Assembly: GCF_009914755.1 (NCBI RefSeq)
Contig: NC_060945.1
DNA: 64,000 nucleotides
Direction: 5' to 3' (one strand)
From: the human T2T-CHM13v2.0 reference genome, Homo sapiens
Below the pieces are notes generated by a model. The model did not search any database. It was not told the DNA's origin and saw only the letters and a program-made list of their open reading frames with translations. Each line of letters starts with the position of its first letter. The stretch's first letter is position 1. A program made the position numbers and the translations under genes. Below, in pieces: positions 23,831-37,091 of the stretch.

Positions 23831-25891
23831 TATAACCATGATATTAGCATTGTGAACATTCTCTCTTCGTCTCCTCCTTCCACCTACCCAACTCTCCACT
23901 CAGGGGAGATTTATAAGCAAGATTTTGAACACTGAAAATCAAATTAAGTGGTCTGGAAAAGCTGCAATGGCAAACAGGGGAAAACGATTTGGAAAGCAGC
24001 CCTTAACCCTACATTTTCCTATCCTGTGAAAGCTGTGAAGAATTGTGCCTACACGAGGCCAATGGCCCCAGCTCTATCCTCTAATCACCTTCTTCTTCTA
24101 TTTCCCAAATGTAACACTTACCCAGCCAACAAGTAAGGAAATAGATTAGAAAGCTTTTGAGTGACTCTTTTAGTGAACCTGGACCCCAATCAATCAGAAA
24201 AGTTACGTGGGATTATGCCATTGGCATTAGTTTTTCATGTATGGTAAATACATGGGTTCGTCTCATTTGAAAGGAATAGGCACATTCGTGTCATCTTAAG
24301 AACTGGGGTTTTATGATTTATTTAAGGAGCCATCTAGTAATAAGGTATACAGGGGTAGGACAGAACCTAATGTATTACAGGCTCCATAGAGGATAGACTT
24401 GGGAGGTTGTTCAGGACTGAAGCTGGCTCTGGGCTCCTTGTTGGCTTGTTGCCCCATTAACATCAGGAATTCTTGGATCTTCACTATGGCACTCCCATTG
24501 GTATGGATCTCCTACTGTCTATTGATTTCTGCTTCTCTCTAGGCATTTTCTTTTTTCTCTTCTTGTACCATCTGACTGACTCCATCCATGTCTCCAGGAG
24601 GAAGAATGTGACCATACTTGCTAATTACCATGGTCCACGCTTAGGGCTCTTACCCCATGGCCTCTTGTAGGTCATCAGTCAACCCACAAAGTGGCTGCCT
24701 GTGGTTTAGGTAGGACCATTAATCAAGGGGAACACAGCAGGCTTGTGTTTCACCATAATCATAGCCAACCCCTCTTTGAGACTATTCCCCACAGGACCTC
24801 TGGGATCGTGTCAAGCTCAATACATTGATCCAGGTACCCAGAACGCCAGTCACTGTGTCTTTGTCCCCACTCAGAACACATTACCCCTGATCTTTTCTTA
24901 CCAGCATTCTAACCCTCTAGCCTTCATCGTGGGGAAGCGTTGACAGCTTAATACGAAACAGTCTCACCACAAAACAACCTGCTGGTTTCTGGAAACTCCC
25001 CAGCTCCCAGACTAAGGCATTCAGGACAATCCAAACTCCCATTTCCACAAATTCCAGAATGGATTTTCATAAGCATCAGGAACACTGAAAGGGCCTGTAG
25101 GCTCCACAGGGCACCTACATTTCCTGGGGCTTCCCTCAGAAAGAAGGTGGAGGGTAAATGCGGTGGCCGCGTATAAGGAAAGGAAAATGAAGGTTTTCAA
25201 GCCTGCATGAAGCCTAGAAAGTGCCACTGTGTGTAGCCACACCCATAAATATTTTTGCTTTGGTAAAATTACAGGCAGAGGGCCCTGCCAATTCAGAAAA
25301 CAATCTATTGGCTGCCATTGCCTTGTGTTCCACACTCTGTGCGGTACCCACTGCATAGAGAAAGTCACCTGGAATTAATAGGATTCCTTGATATTTGTTT
25401 TCAACAAATACTTCCTGAATGCCTACTATGCACCAAACTCCACAGTCAGGAACAGGCCTAATCCTGTTGGTGTTTTTATTTCAGTCTCAGCTCTGTCAAC
25501 CTGCTTGAAGCTGCAAGGAATTTGGTGCTCGGGGACAGGCCTCCACAAGTCCAATGAAGTTGGCTGCGTTTCTGATTCACTTCTCTATCCAAGAATAAAA
25601 ATAGGGGCTGATCTACTCAAACGATCCTGGGAGATTAAAAGATTTTGAAGCCAAAACAAAACCCGAGATAAGCTGCCTACGTGTGCGTGAGGAGGCAAGT
25701 CAGTTCCAGGAGCCAGCAGTGTCCGGGAAGGGCTCCCCGCAGCCTGACAGGACTTGTCCCAGCGACCTCTTCCCTCCCGAGGTCCTGTTACCTGTGTGCG
25801 TGTCAGGACAAAGCCCTCTGTGCCACTGGCCTCCCTCTCACGTGGTGCTGTCCTGCCCTTTTTTGCTCGGTAATTTCCAGTTAAAGCTCAG

Positions 25892-25892
<1 letters not shown>

Positions 25893-25929
<37 letters not shown>
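25893..25929. repeat. (TG)n microsatellite
   Basis: About 18 perfect TG units. Confidence 0.98.
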
Positions 25930-25931
<2 letters not shown>

Positions 25932-26499
25932 ATGTCTACTCCACTCATCACAAATACCTTTAATAAGCAAATTTACCTCCTCCATTTGCTGAATTTTATG
26001 TCTTCTCTATTCCTTGATGAGAATTGAATGGGATCATTCCATGGCTTTGACATTGGTTTCTTGTCCTCTCAAGGGCTCACAGAGCACGGCCCAGAAAGGA
26101 CTAATGGTGCCGGTGCTGTAGCAGGACCTCCTCTATTTGGGACAGCCTAGCACGTGAAATCCTCTAGGACCCCCAGCCTGCAGTGGGTGGTCAGTGTGTG
26201 CAGTGAAAGAGCAGGGATTCCAATGTTGAGCTGAGGTGAATGTAAAGGGGGAAGACCTCTCAGAAGATGCAGGTAGGAACGGGAGCAAGAGTCCCCCTAA
26301 GCAATCTTTCCTTCTTTGCCTTCCACCAGATGTTTGCTAAACATCTGGAAGCAAACACCTGGACCACCTGCAACTTGGCAGAGGGAAGGAGCCTGGCCAA
26401 GAGAATAAAAAAGGACCAGCCACACTTCACTGTAAGCCATATCCCCAGGCTTCTCATTTCCCCTACCTGGGGAGGCAATGACAATAATAGACTTCAGAA

Positions 26500-26850
26500 G
26501 TTAATTGACTTAATGAGTGGAACTCCTTCAATCCATTGAAGGCCTCAGTAGAACAACAACAACAAAAAGTGGAGGGAGAGAAAATTCTTTCTCTCTGCCT
26601 AATTGCTTGAGCTGGGTTATTGTGTTCTCCTGCCCTCAGACTGCGACTTACACCTTTGGTTCTCCAGTTTCATTTCTGTGGACTTGGACTAGAACTCATA
26701 CCATCAGTTCTGGTTCTCAGGCCTTCAGAATCAAACTGGAACGGCACCAGCAGCCTTCCTGGGTCTCCAGCTTGCAGACAGCAGACTGTGGAACTTCTCA
26801 GCCTCCATAATCACATGAGTCAATTCCTTATAATAAACCTCTCTCTCTCT
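26500..26850 (+). mobile_element. MLT2 (ERVL) LTR fragment
   Basis: caatccattgaaggcct...ctgggtctccagcttgcagacagcagactgtggaacttctcagcctccataatcacatgagtcaattccttataataaa. Confidence 0.85.
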
Positions 26851-26857
26851 CGACAGG

Positions 26858-26906
26858 TAGATAGAAAGATAGATAGATAGATAGATAGACAGATAGATAG
26901 ATAGAT
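26858..26906. repeat. (GATA)n tetranucleotide microsatellite
   Basis: Imperfect tagatagaaagatagatag... run. Confidence 0.95.
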
Positions 26907-27001
26907 CCCTTTACAGCAGGTGGCAGCTAAGGAGGATCTTCCTAGTGGAGGCTGCATGAACATAAAGGGCAGCCCTAGTGCTGGATCCTGGCCCTTGCAG
27001 G

Positions 27002-27406
27002 TGAGACGGCTCTGATGAGCAGAGGAACACCAGGGTTCTCCGTCTCCAAATTAGATAAAATGACCTGGACATACATGGAGTGGTTTTAAGAAGCAGAGAG
27101 TTTAACAGGCAAGAAAGAAGGGAGAAGAAAGAAGGAAGAAGCTCCCCTGTTACAGACACAGAGGAATGGGGAGCTCCAAAGCCAAGAGAGGAGACCCCCT
27201 GTGCCACGGAAAAGTGGCTGCTTATATAAATAGGCTGGAGGAGGTGATGTCTGATTTGCATAGGGCTCAGGGGATTGGTTCCACCAGGCATGTCACTCAC
27301 GTAGCCTGCAGAAAAAACTGGCCCTCCCACCCTAGTCTTTTAATATGCAAATACAGGGCACCATGATGTTCTACACACATGGGGATATGTGGGGGTGGCC
27401 ATGTTG
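27002..27406 (-). mobile_element. ERV1 LTR fragment, LTR9-like
   Basis: gaggaacaccagggttct...ggagtggttttaag...tctgatttgcatagggctcaggggattggt...ctggccctcccaccctag...taatatgcaaat. Confidence 0.75.
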
Positions 27407-27629
27407 ATGATAAGCACCCCTCCCCTCCCACCTCCCGCACACCCCCACCCCCCGCACCCCCCCACCCCATCTCCCCTACCCCCCCCCGAGAAAGCACACC
27501 TATCCTGTTTGGGTTTACCGCTTCTCAATCAACCACACGGGAGCGTGGGAAGACAACTCACAAACCTCTTTGTGTTTTTTTCAGGTTTTGAAGAGCGAGC
27601 TATAAGCTATATCGTTTTGCTTTGGAAAG

Positions 27630-27830
27630 ACACTGGATTTAGAACCAGCTGCAGTCCTTTAACAACCTCTCTGACCCTCATTATCCATGTGGCCTTTGGC
27701 AACCTCTGTGAGCCTCAGTTTTCTTGTCTTCCCCCGCTATGGGGATGTCAGAGGCAACTCCAGGCGGTAACACACTGGAAAATGCTGCAAGTCCACAGTA
27801 CTGGGTGGAGAGAAATTTATTGTTATTATT
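27630..27830 (+). mobile_element. MIR SINE
   Basis: aacctctgtgagcctcagttttcttgtc core and a ttattattg tail. Confidence 0.55.
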
Positions 27831-28004
27831 GTTGTTCTCTTTCACCCCAAATGGACAGCTTGATCTTTCCCTTAGGGAAACGCTTTCAAATAAAGTGATT
27901 ATGTTTTGGAGACCTAGCAAAATGGATTTGGATAACTTCCATCAGGAGGGAGGAAGAGAGCCGGTGGCCTTTTGTTATGAGACCACAGGTAACCAAATGT
28001 TTGA

Positions 28005-28615
<611 letters not shown>

Positions 28616-29807
28616 CTAACATGGTGCCGTGCTGCCACTCATGAAGGCATCAGAGCATGCATGCCCTCACTGCACAGGTGGGGACCCAGAGCCCCCAAGA
28701 GGAGAAACGATTTGCCCAGGCCACCCTGGCAATCAGTGACCTGAGACCAGTTCCTACTCCTAGATCAAGGTCCCTTGGCTACTCAGACCTTCTCAAGAAG
28801 AAATTCTTGTTCAAATGGACTTTTCCCAAGTGCAGCCTGCTGTGTGCTCCAGGGCAGCCCTCCCACGGTGATTGGTTAACCCCGGGCTCTTCGTGTCAGG
28901 TGATTTACCCCACAGCCAGCTAATCTCACCTTTCCTAGACTCTCCCTTTCTTGGCCCACGTGCTGCCCGAGTGACACACTCAGTGCTGTAAATGAGGATG
29001 TCACGGTGTGTTCTCAGGTTTTACTGGAAGTGCAGCCCTTAACAAACAGTCTAGTAAACAGCCAGCCCAGGCAGTGCACACGTCAGCAGCCCTGCTCCAG
29101 GGCTCCAACGTCAGCAAAGGCGGGGCCCAGGCCTGGAAGCCAAAGCCCTTTCCAGCACCCCTCCTGTCACTGGGCCAGCCCCGCCTGCCTGCTGACTTCT
29201 GGAGCTCCCACACTCAAAACTGGGATCTGGGAGTTGTGCTCCCAGGCGACCACATTCCCTTCAGGGGTTGTGCAGAAAAACTGAACCAGAATATGGATAA
29301 AGATGCAGAAAATTGAGACTCTAAACTGAAATTGCATGAATGGCAGCCGGAACGTTTATTTCGTGCCTCAGTAACACAGGTCTCCTGTCTACACTGGTCC
29401 CATTTAAGATCTCCTTGCTAACTCATGACAAGTAAGAATGGTTTGCTTGTAAAAATCACAGTTCAGCAACAGTCCATAGGAGGACTAAATAATTTATTGA
29501 AAGAAAGAAGTGAAAACTCTTCAATAGAAATGTGAGGATGGGCACTCAAATTGGCTTCTTTAAAATATCAGCGAGAACGAAAATGATGACACTTAAGCAC
29601 CGAAGCTACTACAATGTTTTGATAAGGGGTGAAAGGAGCCTTCTCCCTTTTATCAAAAAGTTCCCCATCTGTCGGCCCTGCAGAGGATCATGCTGATGGG
29701 AAACGGGCTACTAAGTAGGACCTGAAAGTGAATGTTGTCCTGAGTTCCAAATCAAACCACCAACAATAAATAACAAGTAATCATAACAATTACTATTGAT
29801 TTAGCCT

Positions 29808-30379
29808 TGTTGAGACTCAGAAACCAATACCCCAAAATAGAGGGTTTTAACATGTCGAATTGAGGAAGCCTCAAGGTCTCTCTGACCTTCCCCTATACAC
29901 ACCGTCTTTCCCAAAGAAGCTGAAGTTTCTTTATCTGCCTAAGATCCAGACCTTCCAAGGAGAGCAATTATTCTTTCTTCCCCTTCCCACTTATCTTCTT
30001 ATCTATGGCAGAAAAGAAGACCAAGGTGTGACCTGACCCGAGAAGACTCCAAGTATCATCTGAATTCCAAAGAAAGCTACTTACAAGGTTATTTCTGTTC
30101 TCCCATCCAATCATTCTCCCTGGCAATCATTTATTGCCCCTCAATCGAATTCCTCTTCTTCCCATTCCCATAACCTGTTTTACCGGAATCCAAACCCCCA
30201 TACGTTCTGTAACCCCACAATGGTACATAAGTTTCTGTAACTCATTGGGAAGTTGGGGCTTCATTCTGAAGGCTTCTGTGCATACACGTTAAATAAGTTT
30301 TATGCCTTTTCTCCCATTAATCCATCTGCCTTATGCCTCTCAGCAGAACTTTAGGGGTCAAGAGCCTGTGGCCCCTACA
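29808..30379 (+). mobile_element. MER4-group ERV1 solo LTR (LTR29/LTR49/MER39-like)
   Basis: TG...CA termini (tgttgagactcagaaaccaataccccaaaat...gcccctaca), 4-bp TSD GCCT, motifs shared with the LTRs at 5467 and 11722. Confidence 0.88.
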
Positions 30380-30394
30380 GCCTTAACCCACTAA

Positions 30395-30510
30395 AATGTA
30401 AGTACTCAGAAGGCAAGGACTCTGTCTTGTTCCCAAAGGGGATCTCTAGCCCAAGACAGGCCTTGGCACGTGGCAGCTCAGTGCATGTTTTGAACAGGCG
30501 AGTGCATGCA
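30395..30510 (+). mobile_element. L2 3' end
   Basis: aatgtaagtactcagaaggcaaggactctgtcttgttc...tggcacgtggcagctcagt. Confidence 0.7.
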
Positions 30511-30519
30511 TGATGTTGT

Positions 30520-30722
30520 TCTGCCAGACACTGTATTTCACACTATGTGTCATTATTAAGTCTTTTATGCCCCATGAAACAGATGTGCTTCCTGTTTTAT
30601 AGATGCAGAAAGGGAGGCTTGGGGAGGTTAGGAAACTTGTCCAAGGGTTCTCAGCTGTATAGTGGGAGCGCTTGGCTAGGCAGCATGGCCAGTCTCCTTC
30701 CAGAGCTTATGCAATTAACCAT
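30520..30722 (-). mobile_element. MIR SINE
   Basis: gttttatagatgcagaaa...ggggaggttaggaaacttgtccaagg. Confidence 0.7.
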
Positions 30723-33339
30723 GGCATCAACCTCCCCTCCCTACATGCTACCATCTTCAGCCTAGGTCTCTGGACAGGTCCATGGGTCCCTAAGTCCTCT
30801 CTTTGATTGGGAAGGGGATCCCAGCGCCCCTGGAATTGCATGCACAATGGCATGTGTCTGGGCTTATGGAGGCTGTGCTGGAGAGAGGGCCCATGGCCTT
30901 CAGATTTTCAGAGAAACCTGGGATCAAAAAAAGTTTGAGAATCACTGTCCTGGTTTCAGCACTGAAAATCCCACATCCTGGGATGCCTGCTGTTGGTAGC
31001 AGGCAGCATAGAGTCCCCAGAGGAGAAGATTGAGTTTACATTCCTGGCGGTTCTCCTATCTCAGCAGGAGGGAAAAGGCTATGGGAGGTGGGAACAGGGC
31101 ACAAAGCTCAGAAATGGACTGGGGAAAGGCTGAGGAGGAAGTCCTGGGACAGAATGAGGTGATTGTGACAGCAGCGCTTCAACGTTCGGGGCAGAGGTTC
31201 CAACGCCAGATCCCTGCCGAAGGTACCTGCCTTCCCGCTTTCTCTTTAGTTGACGCCACTGTTTCTGGGACAAGTTGAGGAAGGAGCACCAGGCAGTAGA
31301 GGTTTCTGAGGAGTGAAAGCGTGGTCAGGAAGACCCCCTCACCCAAAATTCTGTGCTGATGTCTGTTTAGGCGAGTACCTAGGCCATGCGGGGTGATGAC
31401 ATCTGATATTGTGCTGGCATCATCCATAGTTCATGACCAATTCTCCCTCCCTCAACCACTGGGTGGTCCCTGGGGTGGGGGTCCCCAGGAACCCCCAAGA
31501 ACAGGCCCCCTTGCAGACCAGCAGTTCTGGACAGGTCAGACTCTGAGGCCCACAGTGAGTAGCTTGCAAGAACATCCTGAAAGTGTCCCAAAGCCAATAG
31601 AGTGTCCCAAAGCCAACAGAGTCAGGAACATGAACTGTGTGTTTGATGCTCAGAACTGCATTCTGAGCGAGATATCTGGAGTGTGCTCCGGGGCCAAGTT
31701 CTCCCGTGACAGATGAGGGGATGGGGCTCTGAGATCACCCAGGTCGCTGCTACAGCTCCAGTCTGGCAACTGGAATTGATCAGCATTTACAGCTAGCTCC
31801 AGCCTGCTAAATCAAGAAAGTGAGGAAGGGCTGGCCTGACACATTTCCTTCACAGGCTCAACAATGGCTAGAACCTCCCAGGAGAGCCTGGGCTTCCTTG
31901 AGCCATATACCGTGGCAGCCCTATGGCCGGCACCGGCGTGAGTCAGTTTTTGAGATTACAAGGGGGTTGCTGGATGCTTCCTCCTCCACCTGTCTTTTGT
32001 TTCCTAAATTCAGGGTGCTTTTGTCCCTGAAGCCCTTTGGAATGTGTGGCTCCAGCTTCCCCAGCTGCTTTTCACCCTAAGGACCAGGCAGCTGCAGACT
32101 TCCAGAGACAACAACAGGGAATTATAGGTGTGAGTCCTTCGAGAGGCAGTTCTCCCAAAGCAAGCCCCACTTCCTAAAAGCAGCCACACTTGTCGCTCAA
32201 GCAAGGCAGGGAGGAGCATGGACAATGGTGTCAGAGCCACTCCCTTTTGAACATTTGCCTCTACAGAACCTGGCCGGGGCCATGGGATGCCCTGTTTGGC
32301 TACCTGAGGCCTGAATCTATCGGGATCTGTAAGAAGCGACCACTGACATTGAGAATGGCACCAGCCATCTCCAGAAGGGGCAGGTCATCTGACTCACTGG
32401 CCACACACTTCGCTTGTGGAAGAAAGCCCGAGGCTACCTGGATGAAGAAAGGCATTTGTGCTAAATTAGGCAGTTTACAGACCTAACACCATAAAGCAGC
32501 CACAGGGCTCCCTTCTCTCCTCTCAAAATTCTTAAGGTGCCAAAGACGCCCCCACCCACCAGCCTCTTCAATTCCAGGCAGAACCCAGCCCTGTGCCTGG
32601 CTGTCATCAAGGGCACCAGGCTGGTGTTTTGGCAACAAACCAGCTTTCAAAGTGACATCAAATTGCTGTGAATCACCCGATCTGATTCAAATGAGGGCTT
32701 AGGTGGATTTAGAGATAGCTGATTGCCTCAGATGAATGCACAATTGCCTCAGAAAGTAATTTACCTCTGGGAGTTTCAGGTACTAAACATTTAGAGTTTG
32801 CATTTAAACTCTAAACTGGGGCAGGGGCAGCTATTCTTTTGCTGGCAGGACCCAGTGAAGGCTGATCCCAGGTACCTACGACTCTTCTGTGATTGGTGCT
32901 TCCCTACCTCCCTGCCCCACCCCATCTAAGCACAATTCATTTTATTTCAAAGATGAAAAGGACCCTCGAAGTCGTGACTTGGTCTCCCCAGTCACGCCCC
33001 TAATGAGTGGAGCCCCGTGTCTGTCTGTGTTCTTCACCAGGAGTTTTTTCCATTTCCTGTGACTTTTGTTGCTGCGAAGTTCTTCCTGGTCCTGGGTCAC
33101 AATTGATCATCTTCCAGCCCCAGTCACCCTGCAGGTCCCCATGGTGGAAGTCAACTCCCCTTCTCATGCCATGTTCCTTCACAGATGTGAACAGCACTCT
33201 CTGTCTTATCTTTTAAAGACCCAAACCCTGAGCCCCTCCTACTACCAAACCATGGTTCTAGAGCTCTTCATGTCTTATCCATCCTCCCTCTGGCTTTTCC
33301 TATTGGGGGCCTCCTTCTCAGAGGGTAGCAGCTACATAC

Positions 33340-33700
33340 ACCAGGGATGGACTCAATAATGTCACCTCCCTTGTTTCAGCCAGTAGACCTCTATTGATTT
33401 AATCTGAAGTCACATTGGCCTTTTGGCAGCCTGTCCCAATGGTGACTCATAATGAGATTCATTTAGAGTCAATCAAACTCTTATAAAGGACACTGCCTGA
33501 ACATATCCAACAAAGCAGGTAGCTGTTCTGTTGAACTTTGGAGCAAAATGTCCGACTTTTACATTTGTCCCTGTTAAATTTCTCCATTTTAATCTGCCCC
33601 ATCATTCCTCCCCTGTCATTCCTATAGTTTTCTGTCATCTGGGAACCTGTTGCAAGTGCCTTCTGTCGATTGATCCAGATGATTGTTTACAGCGCAATTT
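33340..33700 (-). mobile_element. L3/CR1 LINE fragment
   Basis: cattggccttttggcagcc...tgactcataatgag and gacttttacatttgtccctgttaaatttc are typical antisense L3 ORF2 motifs. Confidence 0.7.
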
Positions 33701-33804
33701 TGTTATGGAATCACCTAACTATGTCAGCCTACAGCTTGCTTTCCTCTGCCTTGTTCAGAAAGGTCACAGAAGGCTGCTTCTTCACTGCTTTGCTGAAACA
33801 TCTT

Positions 33805-33990
33805 AAAGTGTTGGGCCAGGAGAAGTGTTAGAGACCATCTGCTTCAAGCCCTTCATTTTTCAGATGAAGAAACTGAGGCCAGGTGAGGTAAAGAGGCTGC
33901 TAAAAGATCATACAGTGACCTGGTCTGCAGCAGAGCCAAAGATCAGGACTCAGAGATTCCCGTACCCAGGGACCCTCTGGTTATTTGCCC
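33805..33990 (-). mobile_element. MIR/MIR3 SINE
   Basis: ttagagaccatct...cccttcattttcagatgaagaaactgaggcc. Confidence 0.8.
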
Positions 33991-34104
33991 AGCAAGGAAA
34001 CCACTGGTACACTCCATCAAGTCTGCTGGAAGACTCCAAAACAGTGGACAACAGAGCCCCTGCCCTTGGGAAGAAAGGCTAAGTGGGCCCTGAAAAGTAA
34101 GTAA

Positions 34105-34532
34105 TCAACTGATGACTAGAGAAACAGAATGTGGTCCAGACATACAATGAAATACAGTCCAGCCATGGAAAGGAATGAAGCGCTGACGCATGCTACAACG
34201 TGGGTGAACCTTGAAAAATTATGGTCAGTGAAAGAAGCCAGTGGCAGAAGACCACATATTGTATGATTCCATTCAGAGGATTTGCCACAATAGGAAGATC
34301 CCTCGAAACAGAGAAAGCACCTTCGTGGGTGCCGGGGGGCTGGGGGGTAGGGGGAAATGGGGAGTGACTGCTAATGGGTACAAGATTTCTTTTTGGAGTG
34401 ACAGAAATGTTTTGGAATTAGACCATGCTGATGGTTGCCCAACAATGTAATGCACTCAAAACCACTGAACTGTGCACCTTAAAATGGTTAAAATGGTGAA
34501 TTTTATGGCATGTGAATTATGCCTTCATCTTT
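34105..34532 (+). mobile_element. L1MB 3' end
   Basis: catgctacaacgtgggtgaaccttgaaaa...gagtgactgctaatgggtac...cactgaactgtgcaccttaaaatggttaaaatggtgaattttatgg. Confidence 0.9.
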
Positions 34533-34639
34533 AACAAGAGCATCAGCCTGTCTTCCTGCTCTCTGGTGGACAGTGGAGAAGAAAGGAAAGGAAGGAGGTC
34601 AAGAACAAACCCTTTCCTCCTCTCCCAGCTGAAGAGCTT

Positions 34640-35462
34640 TGCAGACGGCGGGGAGGGCCTGGAGGGGCCGCTCTCTGGGCAGCTGAGGGTTGCTTTTCCA
34701 CCTAAAGGGCCTGTCTGCCATGTCCTTCCTGGCGCATCCTGAGTGTCCCCTGGGCTGTGGTCCTGGGACCTCCCCCACTCTTCTGCCCTTCTGCCGCGAT
34801 GGAAACTGGGCCTCCCTGGGCTGCTGCTCTGCCTTGGAAGGAAATGGGGGACACTTGCTTGGCTCTTCAGCACCCGCCCCGTGCTTCCGCGTTTGTGTGA
34901 AGGGCAAAGGTTTTAGCGATCTCCTGCCAGGCTCAGATCCGCTCCTCTACACGGCACGCCTTGCTCTGGCCAAGGCTCCATTCGGAGGAATTCGGGTGCG
35001 GCACAGCGTCAGGGTCCAGTGACAGCAGCAGCAGGAGTCACCTGGGAGGCCCCCAGCTGGCCTCAGAGCACGGGCAGGAAGAGGAGCCAGAAACTGAACA
35101 GCGGTGGGGAGGGGGTTTGGATAAAGTATGCAGAAATCACCGTGGAGAAGAGAAGCAACTGGGGCTGTTTGAGAAAGAAAAAAAAAAAAATTAAATCCTC
35201 TGCCAGTTTGGAAGCGCATTGCTTTCATGTCGGCCTGGCTGATTCCCGCGTGGGCGTGCGGCCCTGGCTCTGGCGGCCTGCCGGGGAGCGGGGAGCGGGG
35301 AGCGTGGGTGGCCTATCCAGAACAAAAGTTCAGGCTGCAGGAGTCACCTGCGGGAGAGCCCTGTCCCCTCCCACCAGGGACCGCTCCGCCCACCGCCCAG
35401 GGCAGTGAGCACCGCAGCCAGGTAGCCCTGCTGCCAGAGAGGGAGGGCGAACATGCACTGCG
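34640..35462. promoter_or_regulatory. CpG-rich promoter/enhancer-like region
   Basis: Highest non-Alu CpG density in the window. EGR1 consensus GCGTGGGCG (35248-35256), (GGGGAGC)3, GC boxes ccgcccaccgccc (~35386-35398). Confidence 0.6.
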
Positions 35463-37091
35463 CACAACACACAACACATGCACACAACAGACAAAAGACA
35501 ACACACACCACACATACAACACAAATACAACACACAACACATACAACACAAACACAACAGACAACACAAACAACATACAACACATACACACAACACACAC
35601 AACAGACCACACACAATATACAACACACACTACAAACAACACAATATACTAGACACAATACACAACACATATACAACACACAATACACAACACACACTAC
35701 AGACAACTTACACACACCACATAACATACAATATACAACACAACACACACACAACAAACCACGCACGCCACAAAACACAACATACAACACACAAACCATA
35801 CATTACACAACATACACCACACACAACACACATAACACACAACACACACAACACAGGAACCATACAACACACACAACATACTACACACAAACACATACCA
35901 CATACCACACACAAACACATACCACACAAACCACACACCACATGCACCACACCACAAACAACACACACAACAGACCACACACAATATACAACACACAAGC
36001 CATACACAACACACCTCACACACAACATACAACAAACACAATAGACCACATACAGTATACATCCACACAACACATACAACACACACAACAGACCACACAC
36101 AACAGACAACACACACAGCTCACACACAACACACAACACAATATACATCACACAAGCCACACAACACATACAACAGACTACACACAATACACAACACACA
36201 CTACAGACAACAGACAACATACACAACAGACAACACACTAGCCACACAACACACACACAGCATACACCATATACAACCCATAACACAGCACACACAACAC
36301 ACAACAAATACACACAACAGACAACACATTACACATACCACACAACACACACAGTATACACACAAACATACCACACACACCATGTATAACACATAACACA
36401 ACACATACATACAACAACACACATAGATAAACTGCAACACATACAACAGGCCACATAAAATATACACCACACAAGCCACACAACACACAAACACACACCG
36501 TACCACAGACAGCACACAACACACACCATATACAACACATAACACACAACACATACACATGACACACTATAGACAACACACAATATACAACACATAAGAC
36601 ACAACACATACAACACACAATATACAACACACAATATACACAACACACTACAGACAACACAACATACCACACAACACACAATATACAACATACACAACAA
36701 ACCACACACAACACACACCACAAACCACACACAACATACAACACACATCACAACTACACAATATACACCACATACAACACACAATATACACAACGCACAC
36801 CACATACCACACACAACATGCAACACATACCACACACAACACATACAAATGCATACCACATACCACACACATACAAACACATGCCACATACCACACAAAC
36901 CACACAGCGCACACCACATACACAACACACAACACAAACCACACACTGCACACACCACACAAACACATTACACAAACCACACACTACACAAAACACATCA
37001 CACACAGCACACACATCACACACAACACATGCACCACATATACACCCACATACACACCACACACACCACACTTCACACACATCCCACACAC
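35461..37091. repeat. 1.6-kb CA-rich degenerate tandem/low-complexity tract
   Basis: Mostly A/C (acaac/acac/atac units) with few G; recurrent acaacacacacaacagaccacacacaa block; followed by a TC-rich run to ~37158. Confidence 0.97.

Noticed and set aside
35372-35386. CTCF-like CCACCAGGGACCGCT
   Set aside because: Two mismatches at high-information G positions of CCACCAGGGGGCGCT; not supportable without ChIP data.
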